Made by a program: the position numbers and the translations under genes. The notes under the pieces are model-generated. The model saw only the letters and a list, made by a program, of their open reading frames with translations. It searched no databases and was not told the DNA's origin. A DNA stretch of 61,338 bases, filler included. It is 4 parts of 4 records of this genome, joined end to end, with 100 filler letters (N's around TTAATTAATTAA, not from the genome) between each part and the next. Parts side by side here need not be neighbours in the genome. Positions count along the whole stretch, not along the records: positions 57,519 to 61,338 come from SRR20825010_5714; 3 more parts are not named here. One strand, 5' to 3'. Below are positions 58,627 through 61,338 of this stretch, piece after piece (position 1 is the first letter of the stretch; every line of letters begins with the position of its first letter).

Positions 58627-58860
58627 ATGTCTGCATTCACAGACCATCGCCAGACCGTTTTCGAAGTTGAACTGCACAACCAGGCCGTTCGCGAATGCGT
58701 CAAGGAAAACCGTTCCCACGACATCTTTGACGATCGCTGGGCCGATGTGCAGACCCATGAAGTCGCTGCGAGTGACGAGCTGAAGGCTCTTGCCATGATC
58801 GAAAATAGCTATCCGTCAGAAGACGGGTTCGTTGTCGATCACGTCAAACGCCTTGGCTAA
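58627..58860 (+). CDS. 77-aa hypothetical protein
   Basis: AAGGAG Shine-Dalgarno at 58611-58616, ATG 58627, followed by a terminator. Confidence 0.75.
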   Translation: MSAFTDHRQTVFEVELHNQAVRECVKENRSHDIFDDRWADVQTHEVAASDELKALAMIENSYPSEDGFVVDHVKRLG

Positions 58861-58898
58861 GGGGACAAGAATTCTGGTCATTGATCACATCAAAGACC

Positions 58899-58938
58899 AA
58901 AACGAAATGGGCGGGATCATTCCCGCCCATTTCGTTTT
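58899..58938. terminator. Bidirectional terminator (perfect 18-bp stem)
   Basis: AAAACGAAATGGGCGGGA-tcat-TCCCGCCCATTTCGTTTT between convergent genes. Confidence 0.9.
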
Positions 58939-58969
58939 TAAGCCATGAAAACGGATTTCTGTTGGCGGG

Positions 58970-59560
58970 TTAGGCCAATGCACGGTCGACGAAATCCAGT
59001 CGGTCCTGCCCCCAGAACATTTCACTGCCAACAAAATATGTCGGTACACCAAAGATGTTCTGATCGCGTGCGGATTGACAATTATCGTCATAAATTTTGG
59101 CGGTTCCCGGAAGGTCGGCATCTTCAAGATATTCTATGGAGAGCCCACTTGATGCCAAGGCCTCGCGGATGGTTTTGGGATCGGTGACATCGCGTTCACG
59201 CAACCAGATATCGCCCATCAATGTTTCGGTCAGTTTCGTGACGTCCTGACCATCTTCCTGAACCGTAATAATGGTCCGTGCGGCAAGCGTTTCATCAATG
59301 GGGAAATATTTGGGCTGAAGATTGATCGGGATGCCCAGATGTTCCGACCAGCGTTTAAGTTCAACCAGTCGATAATCCTGACGGGGTTTAGGCCGCTTTG
59401 CCAAAGGCACGCCGCCGCCATGTTCCCATACATCGCCTGCCCGGCAGGGTTTGTGGATGATGTCCACACCATGTTTTTTGGCGATATCCACAGCCCGGCG
59501 AAAGCCAAAGAACGACCACGGGGACTGCACAAAGAAATAATGAATAATGGGGGCCGACAT
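58970..59560 (-). CDS. 2-hydroxychromene-2-carboxylate isomerase / GST-kappa (DsbA-like) protein
   Basis: SPWSF, YRLVELKRW, FGVPTY..FWGQDRL. Confidence 0.9.
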   Translation of the reverse strand: MSAPIIHYFFVQSPWSFFGFRRAVDIAKKHGVDIIHKPCRAGDVWEHGGGVPLAKRPKPRQDYRLVELKRWSEHLGIPINLQPKYFPIDETLAARTIITVQEDGQDVTKLTETLMGDIWLRERDVTDPKTIREALASSGLSIEYLEDADLPGTAKIYDDNCQSARDQNIFGVPTYFVGSEMFWGQDRLDFVDRALA

Positions 59561-59729
59561 GAAGGTCTCCTGTTTCGCAGACGTGTTTTTATCGTCGCGC
59601 TACAGTGCCCAAGCAGATCGATTGCGTCAAATGGCAGATTACATGATTTAGACGAAAACCACATCATATCGTCGTGATCACAGACGGGGTGTGGGATGGC
59701 GTTTGGTGCGCTTGGACGACTAGGATGGG

Positions 59730-60908
59730 TCAGTAATCCAGCCACCAGCCATATTCATCAAGCCCACCCAGAAGCGCACCATCAAAGCCAAGCTTCATGA
59801 TGCCGCCCAAATAGCTGCCTTCGCTGCCATAGATGATGCTTTGCCATGAACGCGACCAGTAATGGACATGGTGTTCCTGTCCCCAGCGGGCGAGCATATT
59901 GCCTTCGCTGATAAAATCGGGCGATCCGGGACGCCAGCCACTTTTCCAGTAAAAACGATAGGTCTCGGCAGTTGCGATATTGATATAGGCCAGAACGGTT
60001 CTTGGTGTTCCGGTCTTTTTGTAGCGCAACCGTTTCATATCATCATAGGTAAGCGGGATGGTGCCGCGATGGAAGGGGTCAATGATCAGGGTATCGTAAT
60101 TGGTTGCAATCAGCGCATTCAGATAGGCATCTTTGGTGCCATAAGGTGAGCTGTCTAGAACCATGGCAAAGTTCTTGGATTGACGGATATTGTCGATCAC
60201 ATACGGATTGGAGCCAATCGGTGTATTTGGCACCTTGGCAAGCGATGAAAGCTGCATGCCCGGTGGTGGTGCTGCATAATACAGGGCGTCCAGACCTGAA
60301 ACCTGTTGTCGGGCTTTTTGCATGTCGTCGAGCTTGTTGGTGTAATCAACAATAAGATATTGCAGGCCTTCAAGCTTAAGCCGTTCAAGGTATCCCAGAA
60401 TATATTTGGTTTCCTCGCCCTCGGTGGCTTCGCCGTATTTATGGTCGAACCCATAAAACGGTGCTTCGGTCATGATCCCGTCAAGGGCACGCAGATAGTT
60501 GCGGGCCGGTTCTGCCGTGCCGCGTGCGGCAAACAGGGTGGTTTCGAGATATTCGGTCAGTTCAAGCCCGTTCATGGCAATGATCGAAAAATCACTGCGA
60601 TAGCTTTTTGCCCAACGGCTGATGGCGATGACGTATTCGCGCATTTCTTCGGTGAAATTGACTTTGGGTTTTCCGGTGTTGATCCCTTGACCCGGTGCGT
60701 CGCTTAGGCTGTTGGGCGACGGGGTAAAGGGTTCAAGTTGCTGGGCATGCACACGTAATGGGCTGGCTGCCAGCATGGCACCTCCAAGTCCAAGGATGCT
60801 GCTTTCAAGGAAACGACGGCGTGACAGGCGGTTTTCTAATACCTGCCCAGATGATGCTTTGCGTACATCTTTGCCGTTATCTGCCTTTATCTGGCGTTCC
60901 TTGCCCAT
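59730..60908 (-). CDS. Tat-exported GH114/PelA-like (endo-alpha-1,4-polygalactosaminidase-like) protein
   Basis: SRRRFL signal; LAYINIATAETYRFYW, VHYW..WQSII, GFDGALL; IIAMNGLEL, LDGIMTE, LIVDY. Confidence 0.7.
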   Translation of the reverse strand: MGKERQIKADNGKDVRKASSGQVLENRLSRRRFLESSILGLGGAMLAASPLRVHAQQLEPFTPSPNSLSDAPGQGINTGKPKVNFTEEMREYVIAISRWAKSYRSDFSIIAMNGLELTEYLETTLFAARGTAEPARNYLRALDGIMTEAPFYGFDHKYGEATEGEETKYILGYLERLKLEGLQYLIVDYTNKLDDMQKARQQVSGLDALYYAAPPPGMQLSSLAKVPNTPIGSNPYVIDNIRQSKNFAMVLDSSPYGTKDAYLNALIATNYDTLIIDPFHRGTIPLTYDDMKRLRYKKTGTPRTVLAYINIATAETYRFYWKSGWRPGSPDFISEGNMLARWGQEHHVHYWSRSWQSIIYGSEGSYLGGIMKLGFDGALLGGLDEYGWWLDY

Positions 60909-60941
60909 GGTTTTACCCGTAACTGGTTGCAGATGGCGGCT

Positions 60942-61338
60942 TTAAGATGCCGCCGAAACTTTGCGGTGCTGTCCTAGAAGATCGGTAACAGTCGCGCCAA
61001 TCGCAAGTGATGCGGTTAACCCCGGTGATTCAATACCATAGAGCATTACAAGACCATTAAGGCCGTGCAGTTTTTCATCGGCGATCATGAAGTCGTGCGC
61101 AGGCTCGTTCGGGGATTGAATTTTGGGACGCACACCGGCGTAGCCGGTCTGAAGGGCGTCTTCATTCAGGTCTGGGTAATAGTTGCGAATGGCACTGGCG
61201 AATGCTGCGCGGCGTTCTTCAGGGACATCGTAATTTGGTTCATTAACCCATGTGACGTCCGGACCAAATCGCGCCTGTCCACCCATATCAAGGGTCAAGT
61301 GAATGCCAAGACCAGCCTGTTCTGGCGCAGGATAGATC
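60942..61338 (-). CDS. FAD-dependent oxidoreductase (L-2-hydroxyglutarate oxidase-like), 5' end outside window
   Basis: IYPAP..GLGIHLTLDMGGQARFGPD, YAGVRPK, GIESPGLTASLAI. Confidence 0.88.
   Translation of the reverse strand, partial: IYPAPEQAGLGIHLTLDMGGQARFGPDVTWVNEPNYDVPEERRAAFASAIRNYYPDLNEDALQTGYAGVRPKIQSPNEPAHDFMIADEKLHGLNGLVMLYGIESPGLTASLAIGATVTDLLGQHRKVSAAS

Overview
The window is not one locus. It holds four unrelated assembly contigs joined by artificial 100-nt spacers (44 N + TTAATTAATTAA + 44 N) at 16728-16827, 35201-35300 and 57419-57518. Contig 1 (1-16727) is AT-rich and Flavobacteriaceae-like: a dihydroorotase homolog, hydrolases, bcp, nth, an ECF sigma factor, uvrA, a GT4 glycosyltransferase and YfhO. 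Contigs 2 and 3 (16828-35200, 35301-57418) look like Cytophagales-type Bacteroidota. Contig 2 carries cydAB, YceI, a 2790-aa T9SS-type surface protein, an ABC exporter, a truncated globin, Leu/Val dehydrogenase and nusB. Contig 3 carries an M23 peptidase, GntP, PNP, an iodotyrosine deiodinase homolog, hisHAF(IE), phhA and Tat-exported Gfo/Idh/MocA genes with DUF1080. Contig 4 (57519-61338) is GC-richer and alphaproteobacterial (Rhodospirillales/Thalassospira-like). I saw no tRNA, rRNA, CRISPR array or intact mobile element. The best candidates for undescribed biology are regulatory. (i) An ORF-free sigma54-type promoter-to-terminator unit of about 75 nt (10843-10944) has a U-rich GGUUGGUU segment that recurs in the 3' UTR of the next, also sigma54-type, gene; a similarly built candidate sRNA lies at 47341-47428 behind four helically phased repeats. 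(ii) A membrane-anchored ORF ending in ...TPPPQG is followed by an RNA hairpin and a Cys-tipped outer-membrane barrel gene, resembling an arrest-peptide leader (38597-40366). (iii) A 50-aa ORF missed by the track sits directly after the ECF sigma gene. Several enzymes also show specific loss of catalytic or cofactor residues. All family assignments come from motif recognition only; no searches were run.
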